Counted from the first letter of the stretch, positions 17,275 to 27,511 are shown. The stretch is 64,000 nt of DNA from a bacterium (GCA_965213625.1 CBDBZU010000004.1:1632001-1696000), one strand, 5' to 3'. Made by a program: numbers and translations. Notes: generated from the sequence alone by a model not told the origin.

Positions 17275-18036
17275 TCATGGTCGAAACAAATCTTCTTCTT
17301 TCGTGCGGTAGAGTGTCTGCGCGGGGCGGTGTCCCGCATGGTATTCGAGGCCGCGAATCAAGACGGCGGGAACCCCCTGCTTGTCCTGTCCCATCACCAT
17401 GCTCGCCGCCGCCGCGATTTCATCCGCATGCGCGAGTATGGTGATCTCGAGGGCGCGGCCTGTTCTGTCTTTCTCTCCTCTCAAATCCACCAGAGGCTCC
17501 AGACCGGCGCATCCTATCGCAACGCCGACGACGCCTCGCCGAAAGGCACGCCCCTGGGTGTCGGCGATGAGGACGGGAACGAAGGCGTCCGTCGCGTGTT
17601 TGATTTCTTCATGGAGTTTCCGGGCGGAGATGTCGGCGTCGCGGGGCAGCAACAGCACCTCATCTTCATCCCCTCCGACGTTTGAGCGATCGATGCCTGC
17701 ATGGGCGCATACCGCGCCTGTTCGGTGCTCCACGATGAGCGCACGCTCCGAGGCGACGACTATCTCGTTCGATTCCCTGAGTACCGCCTCCACCAACCTG
17801 GGGTCACGCCCGTCGCGGTTTGCGATATTGAGCGCTTCACGCGATGGCTCGACGCTTTTCAGGTCCAAAAGCCTGCCTTCGGCCTTGCTGACGATCTTCT
17901 GCGCGAGGACCAAGACGTCCCGATCCCGTATTGTCACCCCGCTTGCCTCAATTGCTTCCAGAATCAGGGGCGTGAGTGCGTCGCCCTCTTTGAATTCCGG
18001 CAAACCGATGACGGGGATGATTTCGACGTTTTTCAT
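17275..18036 (-). CDS. cofE: Coenzyme F420-0:L-glutamate ligase
   Basis: AQKIVSKAEGR, AGIDRSNV, DTQGRAFRRG, ADEIAAAA. ATGA overlap with cofC. Confidence 0.92.
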   Translation of the reverse strand: MKNVEIIPVIGLPEFKEGDALTPLILEAIEASGVTIRDRDVLVLAQKIVSKAEGRLLDLKSVEPSREALNIANRDGRDPRLVEAVLRESNEIVVASERALIVEHRTGAVCAHAGIDRSNVGGDEDEVLLLPRDADISARKLHEEIKHATDAFVPVLIADTQGRAFRRGVVGVAIGCAGLEPLVDLRGEKDRTGRALEITILAHADEIAAAASMVMGQDKQGVPAVLIRGLEYHAGHRPAQTLYRTKEEDLFRP

Positions 18037-18689
18037 CTCATGGGAGCAGAAGCGAGCCACTCCGGTGCTTCTTTCTCGTGGGAGAGCAGGAATTCGAGGT
18101 CTTCGGGAGAATCGATGTCGTGCGCAAAGCCGAACGATTTAAAGGATAGCGGGTCGCTGTGACCATCCCTCGCGGCATCGCTGTGTTTTTCGAAACTCCG
18201 CTCCCCGAACAGAAAGGGAACCGCGTCAATCGGCTGTGTGAAAAGCGCGGTCGTGCCGCCATCCTTGGATTTGGCGATGCGTATGTCGCGCCCGGAGTTC
18301 TCCGGTCGTGCGCGCTCTTCGATAAAAGCGTTCACCTCTTCGCTCGTTAAAAACGGCAAATCTCCGTGGACGATCAACAAGGAGAGGGTGTTTCTCTCTC
18401 TTGCCCAGGTGCGGCCGATTTCGAGGTCATGGTTGAGACCGCCTGATTTCTGGAACAAGCCGACCGCTCCGTATTCTCCCGCCAGAGTCAAAACTTCCGC
18501 GGAATCGCTCACCACCGCTATTTCATCGATGCGCTCCGCATTCCCGACCGCTTTGAGGACGCGCTCGATCATCCAGCGGCCCAGGAGGTTTCTCGTGTTC
18601 TCGTCCAGGGTCTGCGCGAGCCTCGAATTACCGGTTCTGAAATCACGAACGGGTATCAAGGCGACGCAATGGCTTGAAAGACTCATCAT
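18033..18689 (-). CDS. cofC: 2-phospho-L-lactate/PEP guanylyltransferase
   Basis: LIPVR...SRL, GGLN, HGDLPFL, DGGTTAL, FGERSFEKH, DIDSPEDL. Confidence 0.88.
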   Translation of the reverse strand: MMSLSSHCVALIPVRDFRTGNSRLAQTLDENTRNLLGRWMIERVLKAVGNAERIDEIAVVSDSAEVLTLAGEYGAVGLFQKSGGLNHDLEIGRTWARERNTLSLLIVHGDLPFLTSEEVNAFIEERARPENSGRDIRIAKSKDGGTTALFTQPIDAVPFLFGERSFEKHSDAARDGHSDPLSFKSFGFAHDIDSPEDLEFLLSHEKEAPEWLASAPMR

Positions 18690-18739
18690 CCATCCCGGAG
18701 GTGTAAGAGAAAACGTGTTTTGAGTATACCTGAAACCTC

Positions 18740-19696
18740 TTATGCCATCTTTTGCACCGATGAGGCGAACGCCAAAACGCCCTGCGCCAGTTTTTTCTTC
18801 GAATTAACGTCGGACATGATGCTGGGCAGCGCAATGCTCCGAAGACCCATCTCTTCGATGGATGGAACCAGGGCCTCATCTTCGGTGTCTACGACGAACC
18901 CGTCGAGCACATCTTTGAGAATCCGGGCGACGCCCAGAGCCGACACCTCATGTCCTAGGCTTTTTAGCATCTCGGCGGCGGGGCCTCTCAAGGCGGCGCC
19001 CCCGATGATGGGGCTTACGCCCACGCGCGGCGCGGACGCGCTGCGGAGACGCTCGTGTATGTCCGATATCGCGAGGATAGGGCCGATGCTCACAATCGGG
19101 TTCGAAGGGCAGAAAACGATTACGCTCGCCTCATCGAACGCGCGCATTACCTCGGGCGTGGCGCGCGCCTCATCCGCCCCCTGGAAGCGCACACCGCATA
19201 CGCTCGGCCGCGTTCCTCTGGCGACGAAGTAATCCTGAAACTCGAGCTCTCCCTCGGGCGTCTTCACGCGCGTGGCGATGGAAGAATCCGTCATCGGCAG
19301 TATGTTCGACTTGACCCCTAAGGATGCGGAGAGTTCGCGCGTCACTTCTGTTAAGCGAGCGCCCTCGGCCAGGCGCTGGGTTCTGCGAATGTGGGTTGCT
19401 AGGTCCTTGTCGCCGAGCCGGAACCAGGTCGGCCCCCCGTAGCGACCCAGGAGGTCGAGCGCGCTCGTCCCGTCGCCGTCGATGCCCCAGCCCGTCTCGG
19501 GGTTCGACATGCCCGCGAGGTTATACATCACGGTGTCGATGTCCGGGCTGATGTGCAGGCCGTGAAGCACCAGGTCGTCCGCGGTGTTTACGACGACAGT
19601 GAGCGCCCCCTCGGGCAGTGCATGGGCCAGGCCGACGGCGAGCTTGGCGCCTCCCACCCCTCCTGCGAGCGCAACGACAGGGCCGGAAATGCTCAT
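18740..19696 (-). CDS. cofD: 2-phospho-L-lactate transferase
   Basis: LAGGVGGAKL, GLHISPDIDT, WFRLGDKDLATH, FQDYFV, PSNPIVSIGPIL. Confidence 0.93.
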   Translation of the reverse strand: MSISGPVVALAGGVGGAKLAVGLAHALPEGALTVVVNTADDLVLHGLHISPDIDTVMYNLAGMSNPETGWGIDGDGTSALDLLGRYGGPTWFRLGDKDLATHIRRTQRLAEGARLTEVTRELSASLGVKSNILPMTDSSIATRVKTPEGELEFQDYFVARGTRPSVCGVRFQGADEARATPEVMRAFDEASVIVFCPSNPIVSIGPILAISDIHERLRSASAPRVGVSPIIGGAALRGPAAEMLKSLGHEVSALGVARILKDVLDGFVVDTEDEALVPSIEEMGLRSIALPSIMSDVNSKKKLAQGVLAFASSVQKMA

Positions 19697-20328
19697 CGGA
19701 CGATCAGCACCGGCTTGGGCGTTTCTTTGGGAGCGGGCAGCTGCGCGGGGTAGCCTGCCACGATGAGCGCCCTGGGTACCCACTCTGCGGGCAGGTCCAG
19801 AGCCTTTCTGGCCGTTTCAGGACAGAACAAGGGCGCGCAGCGCCACACGGAGCCTACCCCATGTGCCGCGAGGGCGAGCATCAAGCTTTGAAGTGCACCG
19901 CCCAGGCTGTGTTCGGCCATCATCCATTCGTTTGCCTGTTTTTCTGGTTCCTCGTAATTGTCCAGGTCCGCGAAGGAAAGAGACGCCATGATGAGCGCGG
20001 GCGCGCCGGTCAGCAGGCGGATGCTCCCCCGGTGCCTGCGCGTTCGTTCCTCTTCAGAAACCCCCTCCGCTTCCATGTCGCGGAGAAAATCCTCGCCCAT
20101 CTCGGCGGCGAGAGTCTCCTTCGCCTCATTGGAATCTAAGATGCAAAACCGCCAGGGGGTCGTCCCGTGCGGGCTGGGGGCCAGACACGCGGCGGAGAGG
20201 GCTGTTTTCAGTATCTCCATCGGGACGGGCTCGGCCGTGAAATGCCGGATGGATCGCCTTTTGCGCAAGGCTTCATCCAGCGAAATGGAGAGTGTCGGTT
20301 TTTTGTCTTTGGTAGAGGGAGTGTCCAA
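19693..20328 (-). CDS. Stand-alone nitroreductase (FbiB C-terminal/FbiE-like dehydro-F420 reductase candidate)
   Basis: RRSIRHF, APSPHGTTPWRF, GVGSVWRCAPLFCP. Embedded in the cof operon. Start uncertain (TTG 20328). Confidence 0.8.
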   Translation of the reverse strand: MDTPSTKDKKPTLSISLDEALRKRRSIRHFTAEPVPMEILKTALSAACLAPSPHGTTPWRFCILDSNEAKETLAAEMGEDFLRDMEAEGVSEEERTRRHRGSIRLLTGAPALIMASLSFADLDNYEEPEKQANEWMMAEHSLGGALQSLMLALAAHGVGSVWRCAPLFCPETARKALDLPAEWVPRALIVAGYPAQLPAPKETPKPVLIVR

Positions 20329-20329
20329 C

Positions 20330-21772
20330 TTATGACTCTTGTGGCTCCCAGCCCGGCGGCGCGCCGCCCTGGGCCGGGCTCGGGGGAGGTGGAAGTTTGC
20401 GCTTCTCCCCGGGTGGTGGGTCTGCCGGGGTGTCCGGAATCGGCTGGCCCGCGAGGAACCCGCGCACGCCGTCGGGGCGCGCCTCATCCCCGTAGGCCGT
20501 GTCGAGGCATTCTTCCAGTTCCTCGGGCGTCTTGGGGCTGTCGACCATGTTTTGAGCGGCGAAACCGGCGCCATCGAATGGGTCGTATTGTGGGAGGCCT
20601 TCCGGCGTGCCGCTCCTGGGTCCCAAGGTCGGCACGCGGTTGCGCTGCCTTCGCGCCAGAATGTGCAGGATGTTCCAGGCCCGCCGGTTCTCCTGCATCG
20701 GCTGAATCTCCACGAGTCCCTCTTTTTCGAATTCGCTCCAGATCTCCTTGCCCTTCTCGGTCCGCAGGACGACGATGGTCCAGCCCCGTGTACCCACGCC
20801 CCCGCAGGCGATGTCCGCGAGTTCGGCGGAGAAATCCGCGCAGTGCTGGCACTCGGGGCGCTGGTAGTTCTCCATCGCCTCCTGGAGCGAGAAGGTGACG
20901 AGTTCACCGTCTTTCTTGTGCACGAGCACCTCGCCCTTCACGTTGAATTTCGCCACGTCCGTGAGGGGGATGCCGAGGTCTTTTTCGATTTTCTCCGTCA
21001 TCAGGTCGAAGGTGAAGACCTCGGTGCAGAAAAGCCCGATTTGGAACGCCACGCGATTAGAAAAGCCCCTCAGGAAGCCGCGTTGCTTCTCGATGTGCTG
21101 GGGCCTTTTCTTGTGCGAGACCAGAAAGGCGGGGTCGATGAGCTCCATCTTGCGAATTGGCGTGACCTGACAGGGAACGCCCACGAAGCCGACCTTTTTC
21201 AGGTCTCTTTCTTTCACTTCCTCAAGCGCGAGGTTGTTCGGACAATAGGTGTACCAGCTGCCCGCGCTCGCTCGAATCTCCTCGTACGTCGTGGCGACCT
21301 TGGGACTCGGGTCGCAGGGCGGGTCGTCCTCCCCGACGGCGGAGACCACCGCCCCGTCGATCACGCCCGCCTCGAGCGCCCATGCGAGCAGCGCCGTGAC
21401 GATGCCGCCGTCCTGGGCGCGCTCCATCACGTCGTCGCGCTTGGTCCTCGCCATGAAGATGTGCTGATAGGCGCCGAAAATGCCTTCGTAAGTCTTGCTC
21501 CTCGTTTCACCGAAGGTGGCGTCTTTCAGGTGGTTCTCCCTCGGCCAGAGCCTCGGGCACACAGACGCGCAGACGTCGCAGCCCACCCCCTCACTGATGC
21601 CGCAGTAATCGAAATCGGCTTTTGCCTTAGCCGTCTGCTTGGGCTTGGCGTCGATGTATTCGATGACGTTGTGCGGGCAGACGAGGACGCAGCATCCGCA
21701 CTCGCAGCAGCTGCCCGCGTCCACCACGTCGTTCATCATGTCTTTGAAGGAATGATGGTGAAGTTCGTTCAA
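20330..21772 (-). CDS. F420-interacting FrhB/FdhB/FpoF-family flavoprotein with N-terminal ferredoxin domain
   Basis: CCECGCCVLVCP, CDVCASVCP, AQDGGIVTALL, VGVPCQ, IGLFC, CQHCADFSAELADI. TTG start after GGAG. Confidence 0.88.
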   Translation of the reverse strand: MNELHHHSFKDMMNDVVDAGSCCECGCCVLVCPHNVIEYIDAKPKQTAKAKADFDYCGISEGVGCDVCASVCPRLWPRENHLKDATFGETRSKTYEGIFGAYQHIFMARTKRDDVMERAQDGGIVTALLAWALEAGVIDGAVVSAVGEDDPPCDPSPKVATTYEEIRASAGSWYTYCPNNLALEEVKERDLKKVGFVGVPCQVTPIRKMELIDPAFLVSHKKRPQHIEKQRGFLRGFSNRVAFQIGLFCTEVFTFDLMTEKIEKDLGIPLTDVAKFNVKGEVLVHKKDGELVTFSLQEAMENYQRPECQHCADFSAELADIACGGVGTRGWTIVVLRTEKGKEIWSEFEKEGLVEIQPMQENRRAWNILHILARRQRNRVPTLGPRSGTPEGLPQYDPFDGAGFAAQNMVDSPKTPEELEECLDTAYGDEARPDGVRGFLAGQPIPDTPADPPPGEKRKLPPPPSPAQGGAPPGWEPQES

Positions 21773-21791
21773 GGATTCTTTCTCCGGCCGG

Positions 21792-23045
21792 TTAGCGGGG
21801 GAGTTCGGGATTCGAGACGCCCAGGTGGGTATCCGGGATGAAGTCGCCCGCCTTTTGCCCGCCCGAGAAGCCGGCGCCGAGCAGCGATTCGTCATCCGCG
21901 CGGGGGTGGCGGTACCGCGGGTCGTCTTCGCGGATGATGTCATAGGTAGTGGTGCGCTGGACGGGAGTGCGTCCCGCCCCCAGGATGGCGTCGTTGAATT
22001 GTTTGGGGCTCAGGCTTTGCCCGTATTCGGAACCCGATTCGCGTGAGATGTTCTCCTCGATGAGCGTTCCGCCCAGGTCGTTCACCCCGAGGGAGAGCGC
22101 CTTCTTGGCGGCGTCGATCCCGATCTTGGGCCACGCCACCTGAATGTTGGCGATCATCCCCCGGAAGAAGAGCCGGGCCACGGCGTGAAGTCTGAAGATG
22201 GTTTCCAGGTCCGCCATTTTCTCGATGCCGAACTCCTCGCCCATCTTGTTGTCGTACGGGATGAAGGGCAGGGGAACGAACTCCGTGAACCGGCCCTCTC
22301 CGTCTGTTTTAAGCGAGTCTTTTTGCATTTTTCTCAGAATATCCATGTGCTCGGCCAGATCGGCGCTGCTCTCGATGTGGCCGTACATGACGGTGGAGGT
22401 CGTCGGGATGCCCACGGCGTGAGCGGTCCGGATGATCTCGCACCATCTCTCGACCGGGATTCTTCCCGGGCTGATGAGCTTCTTCACCCTCTCCACGAGT
22501 ATCTCTGCCGCCGTCCCGGGTACGGAGCCGAGCCCCGCTTCCTTGAGCCGGGTGAGCACCACTTCGAGGGGCAGCCTGGTTTTTCGCTGGATGTGGTCGA
22601 CTTCCGCTGGCGAATAGGCATGCATGTGGACTCCGGGGATGATTTCGCGCGCGAGCCTGAGCACTTCCTCGTAGCGGTCGATCGATATCAGGGGGTTCAG
22701 CCCCCCCTGCATGCAGATTTCGCGCACGCCGAAGTCCCTTGCGCGCGCGAATTTTTCGCGCAGTACGTCGTCGTCGTGCGTATAGGCGTCCGGGGCGTTC
22801 GGGCGCCGCCAGAAGCCGCAGTATTTACAATCCGTGTAGCACACGTTCGTGAAATTCACGTTCGCGTTGATGACGTAGCTCACCTCATCGCCGATGGTCT
22901 TCTTCCTTTCCGCGTCCGCCGTTTCATAGAGGCGCTCGGTGAGTTCCTCATCCCGCTCAGTGAGCAATGCGGTAGCGCCCTCGCGCGAGATTTCCTCTCC
23001 CGCCTCGAATGCGTCGAGTATTTCATGGGCGAAAAGGGCGTTCAT
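21792..23045 (-). CDS. cofH: FO synthase subunit CofH (radical SAM)
   Basis: NVNFTNVCYTDCKYCGF, PGTAAEIL, MYGHIE, EFVPLPF, NDLGGTLIEENISRESG. Confidence 0.9.
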   Translation of the reverse strand: MNALFAHEILDAFEAGEEISREGATALLTERDEELTERLYETADAERKKTIGDEVSYVINANVNFTNVCYTDCKYCGFWRRPNAPDAYTHDDDVLREKFARARDFGVREICMQGGLNPLISIDRYEEVLRLAREIIPGVHMHAYSPAEVDHIQRKTRLPLEVVLTRLKEAGLGSVPGTAAEILVERVKKLISPGRIPVERWCEIIRTAHAVGIPTTSTVMYGHIESSADLAEHMDILRKMQKDSLKTDGEGRFTEFVPLPFIPYDNKMGEEFGIEKMADLETIFRLHAVARLFFRGMIANIQVAWPKIGIDAAKKALSLGVNDLGGTLIEENISRESGSEYGQSLSPKQFNDAILGAGRTPVQRTTTYDIIREDDPRYRHPRADDESLLGAGFSGGQKAGDFIPDTHLGVSNPELPR

Positions 23046-24043
23046 GCGATCTCCAGTGGCAGGGTTTCCTGTGCTTCGCGCCTATCCAGCATCCGGCGGA
23101 GCGCAGGAAGAGTTTCGGGCGGACACCAGCCCGTCTCGATGAATTCATCGTATACCGGCATTCGCAGGCGCAGCGCAATGTCTTCCTGATGAAGGGATTG
23201 GTCCAGGTTACCGAGTTTGGGCCAGTGGCGGTTCGGGTTGATGTGATCCGGCTCCGGCGCGATGCCTCCGATGTCGTCCGCACCCGCCATGATGAGGCCG
23301 AGCAGATCGTCGACCAGATTCGGCGGGACCTGGATGTGCACACCCGGCATGAGCCTTTTGACTTCCGGGATCAGCGCCGCGACCTCCTCATCCGGCGGCC
23401 GGGTCCACCTGGCCATGGGCGTCAGGGGCTGGGGATTCAGGGGTTGCAGGATAATCTCCTGAATATGTCCGTAGCGGCTGTGCACCTCGGCGATGGCTTC
23501 CAGCGTCTCGACGCGCTCTTCGGGTGATTCCCCGATGCCGATGAGAATTCCCGTCGTGAACGCGACCCCCAGCTTGCCCGCCGCTTCCAGGGAGGCGAGC
23601 CTGACCTCGGGGGTTTTCGTCGGCGCCGCGCGGTGGGCGGCCCGCGTGGCCTCGGGGCTCACGGTCTCCATCATCATGCCCATCGAGACGTTGTAGGGTT
23701 TTAGTATCTCGTATTCCCACTCTTCCAACGTGCCGATGTTGGCGTGGGGCAGCAGGCCGATTTCGAGGCACATCTTGCACACTGCGGCGGTGTAGGCGGC
23801 GTAGGAGTCATATCCCCATTCTTTGAGTTGATTCTTGAGTCCCTTGTGTCTGTCGATACCTTCGCCCGTCATGACGAGCGCCTCGACCACGCCCTGCGTG
23901 TAGGCCTGCCTCGCGAGACGTTCGCACTCTTCCATCGAGAGCAGGAGGGGAACGCTGCTGCGGAAGCTGCAATAGCCGCAATGGTTCACGCACCAGTTCG
24001 TGATGGGCAATGTGAAGTTGAATGAATACGTGACTGTTCTCAG
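23042..24043 (-). CDS. cofG: FO synthase subunit CofG (radical SAM), probable CTG start
   Basis: TVTYSFNFTLPITNWCVNHCGYCSF, LLPHANIG, FTTGILIGIGE, QVPPNL, DHINPNRHWP. Confidence 0.9.
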   Translation of the reverse strand: MRTVTYSFNFTLPITNWCVNHCGYCSFRSSVPLLLSMEECERLARQAYTQGVVEALVMTGEGIDRHKGLKNQLKEWGYDSYAAYTAAVCKMCLEIGLLPHANIGTLEEWEYEILKPYNVSMGMMMETVSPEATRAAHRAAPTKTPEVRLASLEAAGKLGVAFTTGILIGIGESPEERVETLEAIAEVHSRYGHIQEIILQPLNPQPLTPMARWTRPPDEEVAALIPEVKRLMPGVHIQVPPNLVDDLLGLIMAGADDIGGIAPEPDHINPNRHWPKLGNLDQSLHQEDIALRLRMPVYDEFIETGWCPPETLPALRRMLDRREAQETLPLEIA

Positions 24044-24137
24044 GGCGTTTCTCCGTGTTTTTCGAATAAAGTCAGCGAATTCTCCCGCATCCTATCGGCG
24101 AGGGCCGCGTCTGACAAGGCTTGGCTCCCCATGAACG

Positions 24138-25328
24138 CTAGGCGACGCCCTTTTCTTTCAGCGCGGCGATTTCCTCACCCGATTTTCCGAGCAGGCCGGT
24201 GAGAACTTCTTCAGTATGCTCGCCCAGCAGGGGAGGGGGCATTCGGATTTCACCAGGGGTATCCGAGAGCTTCATGGGGTTGCCCATCACCTTCAGGACG
24301 CCGGTTCTCGCGTGCTCCATCTCGACCACCATCTCCCGGTGATGGATTTGCGGGTCCGCGCACAACTCCTCGATCGTTCGCACCGGTCCGCAGGGAACGC
24401 CGGCATCCGATACGATTTCGGCCCACTCCGCGCGGGTCCTGGCCCGCATGGTGTTTTCGATCTCGGCTTCGAGTTCATCGCGTCCCGAGACGCGCGCCGC
24501 ATTCGTATCCCATTTGGAGTCGTCCGCCAAATCCGCCCTGCCGATGGCGCGGGCGAACCGCTGCCACAAGGAGTCGTTGGCCGCCGCGACGATGAGTTCT
24601 CCGTCCGAACAGGGAAAATCGCGGTACGGCGCGATGCTCGGGTGGCGGTTCCCCAACCGTCCGGGCGGGGCGCCCGTGGCGAAGAAGTTCCCCGCGGCGT
24701 GGCTCATCAGAGCGGCCTGTCCGTCCTGGATCGCCGTGTCGACGTATTGGCCCTTGCCCGTCTTCTCCCGTGCGATGATGGCCAGTAATATCCCCTGGGT
24801 CGCGAACATGGCGGTGGTGAGGTCGGCGATGGCGATGCCAGTCTTGAAGCCACCGCCGCCTTCTGCTCCCGTGATGCTCATGAGTCCGCCTTCGCCTTGC
24901 AGGAGAATGTCGTAGGCGGGTCTCTCTTTGGAGGGCCCACTCTGGCCGTAGCCCGAGACGCTGGCGTAGATGATCCTGGGGTTGAGCGCGTGGCAGGTAT
25001 CCCAGTCGAACCCGAGCCGCTCGATGGCGCCGGGCCGGAAGTTCTGGATGAGGATGTCCGATTTCTCGACGAGTCCCCTTAAAACCTCTTTTCCTTCCTC
25101 GGCTTTCAAGTTCAGCGTGAGGCTTTTCTTGTTGCGGTTCACGGACTGGAAATAGCTGCTCTCGCCTCCGTCATAAAAAGGCGGCCAGCCACGCGTGTCG
25201 TCTCCGCCGACGGGGTTTTCGACCTTGATGACTTCGGCTCCCATGTCGCCGAGCATCATAGTGCAGAATGGACCCGCCAGAATTCTGGAAAGATCGAGGA
25301 CGCGAATCCCCTCAAGCGGCATACTCAT
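24138..25328 (-). CDS. CaiB/BaiF family III CoA-transferase
   Basis: LEGIRVLDLSRILAGP, NRNKKSLTLNLK, NFRPG, PPLLGEHT. Confidence 0.92.
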   Translation of the reverse strand: MSMPLEGIRVLDLSRILAGPFCTMMLGDMGAEVIKVENPVGGDDTRGWPPFYDGGESSYFQSVNRNKKSLTLNLKAEEGKEVLRGLVEKSDILIQNFRPGAIERLGFDWDTCHALNPRIIYASVSGYGQSGPSKERPAYDILLQGEGGLMSITGAEGGGGFKTGIAIADLTTAMFATQGILLAIIAREKTGKGQYVDTAIQDGQAALMSHAAGNFFATGAPPGRLGNRHPSIAPYRDFPCSDGELIVAAANDSLWQRFARAIGRADLADDSKWDTNAARVSGRDELEAEIENTMRARTRAEWAEIVSDAGVPCGPVRTIEELCADPQIHHREMVVEMEHARTGVLKVMGNPMKLSDTPGEIRMPPPLLGEHTEEVLTGLLGKSGEEIAALKEKGVA

Positions 25329-25362
25329 GGAATCTCTCAGGCTCCTTTTTTCTTTGGTTGAT

Positions 25363-26226
25363 TTATCGGTTCTGAAGCGCTTCGAGCATTTTCTCGCGCA
25401 CATGCTCGACCGGCATCTGCGTGCCGGTCCAAAGCTCCCAGCCCAGGGCCCCCTGGTGTAAGAGCCAGCCGATGCCCGAGACGGCGCGCGCGCCTTTTCT
25501 TCGGGCGGCCTTCAGGTACGGGGTGTCGAGCGGACTATAGACCGCATCGGCGCAGATGCTATCCGGCGGAATGAACTCCTCGGGAAGACAGCAGGCCGCC
25601 TCCCGCGCCTTGTCCCCGCTCATCCCCAGGCTCGTCGTGTTGACGATAATATCCCGCCCCCGGGCGGCGGATTCAAGCGCATCCAGGCCGCCACCGTGAA
25701 TTTCCGTATTCGGGAAGTGGGATTTTACTTCGCCCGCCAAAGACTGTGCTTTCTCCGCCGTACGGTTTCGAATCTCGATGTGCGCGGCCCCAGTTTGCGC
25801 GAGCTTGATGGCGATGGCCCGCGCTGCCCCGCCCGCGCCCAGAAGCAGGCATCTTTTTTCTTCAGGCGACACGCCCGTTTCCTCTTCCAGGGAGCGGAGC
25901 CAGCCCGCGCCGTCGGTGTTGTGGCCCTTGAGTTTGCCATCGCTCTCGAACGTCACCATGTTCACCGCGCCCATGAGCCTCGCATCCTCGCTCACTTCGT
26001 CCACGAGCCGGAATGTGGCGACCTTGTGGGGGATGGTTACGCAAAAGCCCGCAAAACCCATAGCGCCTGCACCGCGCACCGCTTCTTCGTACTGGTCCGG
26101 ATGCACCTCGTAGGCCGTGAAGCGGTAGGGCAGCCCCAACGCCTGCGCCGCCGCGTTGTGCATGACGGGCGAGAGTGTATGCCCCAGTGGATAGCCGAAG
26201 ATGGCGAGCGTTTTTTCGAGCTGCAT
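25363..26226 (-). CDS. aroE: Shikimate dehydrogenase family protein
   Basis: GYPLGHTLSPVMHN, VTIPHK, GHNTDG, GAGGAARA, NTTSLGM. Confidence 0.88.
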   Translation of the reverse strand: MQLEKTLAIFGYPLGHTLSPVMHNAAAQALGLPYRFTAYEVHPDQYEEAVRGAGAMGFAGFCVTIPHKVATFRLVDEVSEDARLMGAVNMVTFESDGKLKGHNTDGAGWLRSLEEETGVSPEEKRCLLLGAGGAARAIAIKLAQTGAAHIEIRNRTAEKAQSLAGEVKSHFPNTEIHGGGLDALESAARGRDIIVNTTSLGMSGDKAREAACCLPEEFIPPDSICADAVYSPLDTPYLKAARRKGARAVSGIGWLLHQGALGWELWTGTQMPVEHVREKMLEALQNR

Positions 26227-26379
26227 GAACGTTCCTCAAGTGATTCGGCGTTCGCTTCTACTGCGTTCGTTGTGGCGGGAATTAGAGATACGCTAAAGTA
26301 GCGCTCATAACAACTTCCAGAGACGCTCCGCGCTGATTTTTCCGGCGCTCCATGCCATCGCTTCGAGGAGACGGATTCG

Positions 26380-27504
26380 ATGTCCACCGTTCAGGCCGCC
26401 ACGATTCTACAGCCGGGCGAAATCGCCTTGCGTGAATACCCCATGCCCGAGATTGAGGACGACGCCCTTTTGATGAAGGTGTCCGCTGTCGGCGTCTGCG
26501 GTTCGGACAAGCACATGTACGGAGGCAACCTGAACCTGGCGTGGCCGGTAATTCCGGGCCATGAGTTCAGCGGTATCGTCGAGAAGATGGGGCCTTTGGC
26601 GAATGCGAACATGAAGATCGTGGGCGGCCCCATCGAGGAGGGCGACGCCATCACCGTGGCGCCGGGAAGCCAGGCCTGCGGAAAATGCTGGTTCTGCATC
26701 CACACGCCGCACCGGCCCCAGTTGTGCCCGAACCGCACGGTTTTCGGCTTCCGCACCTCCGCCGAGGCGCCGCACCTTTTCGGGGCGTTTTCGGAATATA
26801 TGTACATCCCCGGAAGTTCCTTCGTCCTGAAGCTGCCCGAGGGTCTCTCTCTTGAGCGAGCCACGCTTTGCGAACCGCTGGCCGTGGCCCAGAGAGCGGC
26901 GGGGCGTTCGCTCTCCCCGGGCATCCCCTACGCGGGGGAGGGGTTTGGCGTGGGTGCACGGTGCGCCGTCATGGGCGTGGGACCCATCGGTCTGCTCGTG
27001 GTGGCCGCTCTCAAGACGATGGGGGCGGGCGAGATCATCGCGGTGGACATGACCGAAGAAAGACTCGCGTTCTCCAGAAAATTCGGCGCCACGAAGACGG
27101 TGAGCCTGGCTACGCTAACGAAAGAAGAAAGAAAAGAGCAGATCCTCTCCTGGACGGACGGGGTGGGGCCCGACGTGGTTATCGAGGCGGCAGGCGTTCC
27201 CGCTGCCTTCGCCGAGGGGCTGGACATCGTCCGCCGGGGCGGGAAGCTCGTGGAAGTCGGGCATTACGGCGATCCGGGCGGGGTGGAGATCAGGCCCCAC
27301 CAGGTGTGCAACAAGGACGTGGATATCTGCGGCTCATGGGCCTATCCCCAGGTGCAGTTCGAACCGGCGATGGACATGCTGCTCAGAACGGACCTGCCGA
27401 TTGACGACATCTTCACGCACCGCCTGCCGCTTTCCCAAGTGCAGGCGGGCATCGAGGTCACTGGAACGGGAGAGTGCCTGAAAGTCCTGCTCAAGCCGGA
27501 TTAG
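26380..27504 (+). CDS. Zinc-dependent medium-chain dehydrogenase
   Basis: GVCGSD, PGHEFSG, CGKCWFC..C, GVGPIG. Confidence 0.9.
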   Translation: MSTVQAATILQPGEIALREYPMPEIEDDALLMKVSAVGVCGSDKHMYGGNLNLAWPVIPGHEFSGIVEKMGPLANANMKIVGGPIEEGDAITVAPGSQACGKCWFCIHTPHRPQLCPNRTVFGFRTSAEAPHLFGAFSEYMYIPGSSFVLKLPEGLSLERATLCEPLAVAQRAAGRSLSPGIPYAGEGFGVGARCAVMGVGPIGLLVVAALKTMGAGEIIAVDMTEERLAFSRKFGATKTVSLATLTKEERKEQILSWTDGVGPDVVIEAAGVPAAFAEGLDIVRRGGKLVEVGHYGDPGGVEIRPHQVCNKDVDICGSWAYPQVQFEPAMDMLLRTDLPIDDIFTHRLPLSQVQAGIEVTGTGECLKVLLKPD

Positions 27505-27511
27505 GCCTTCA

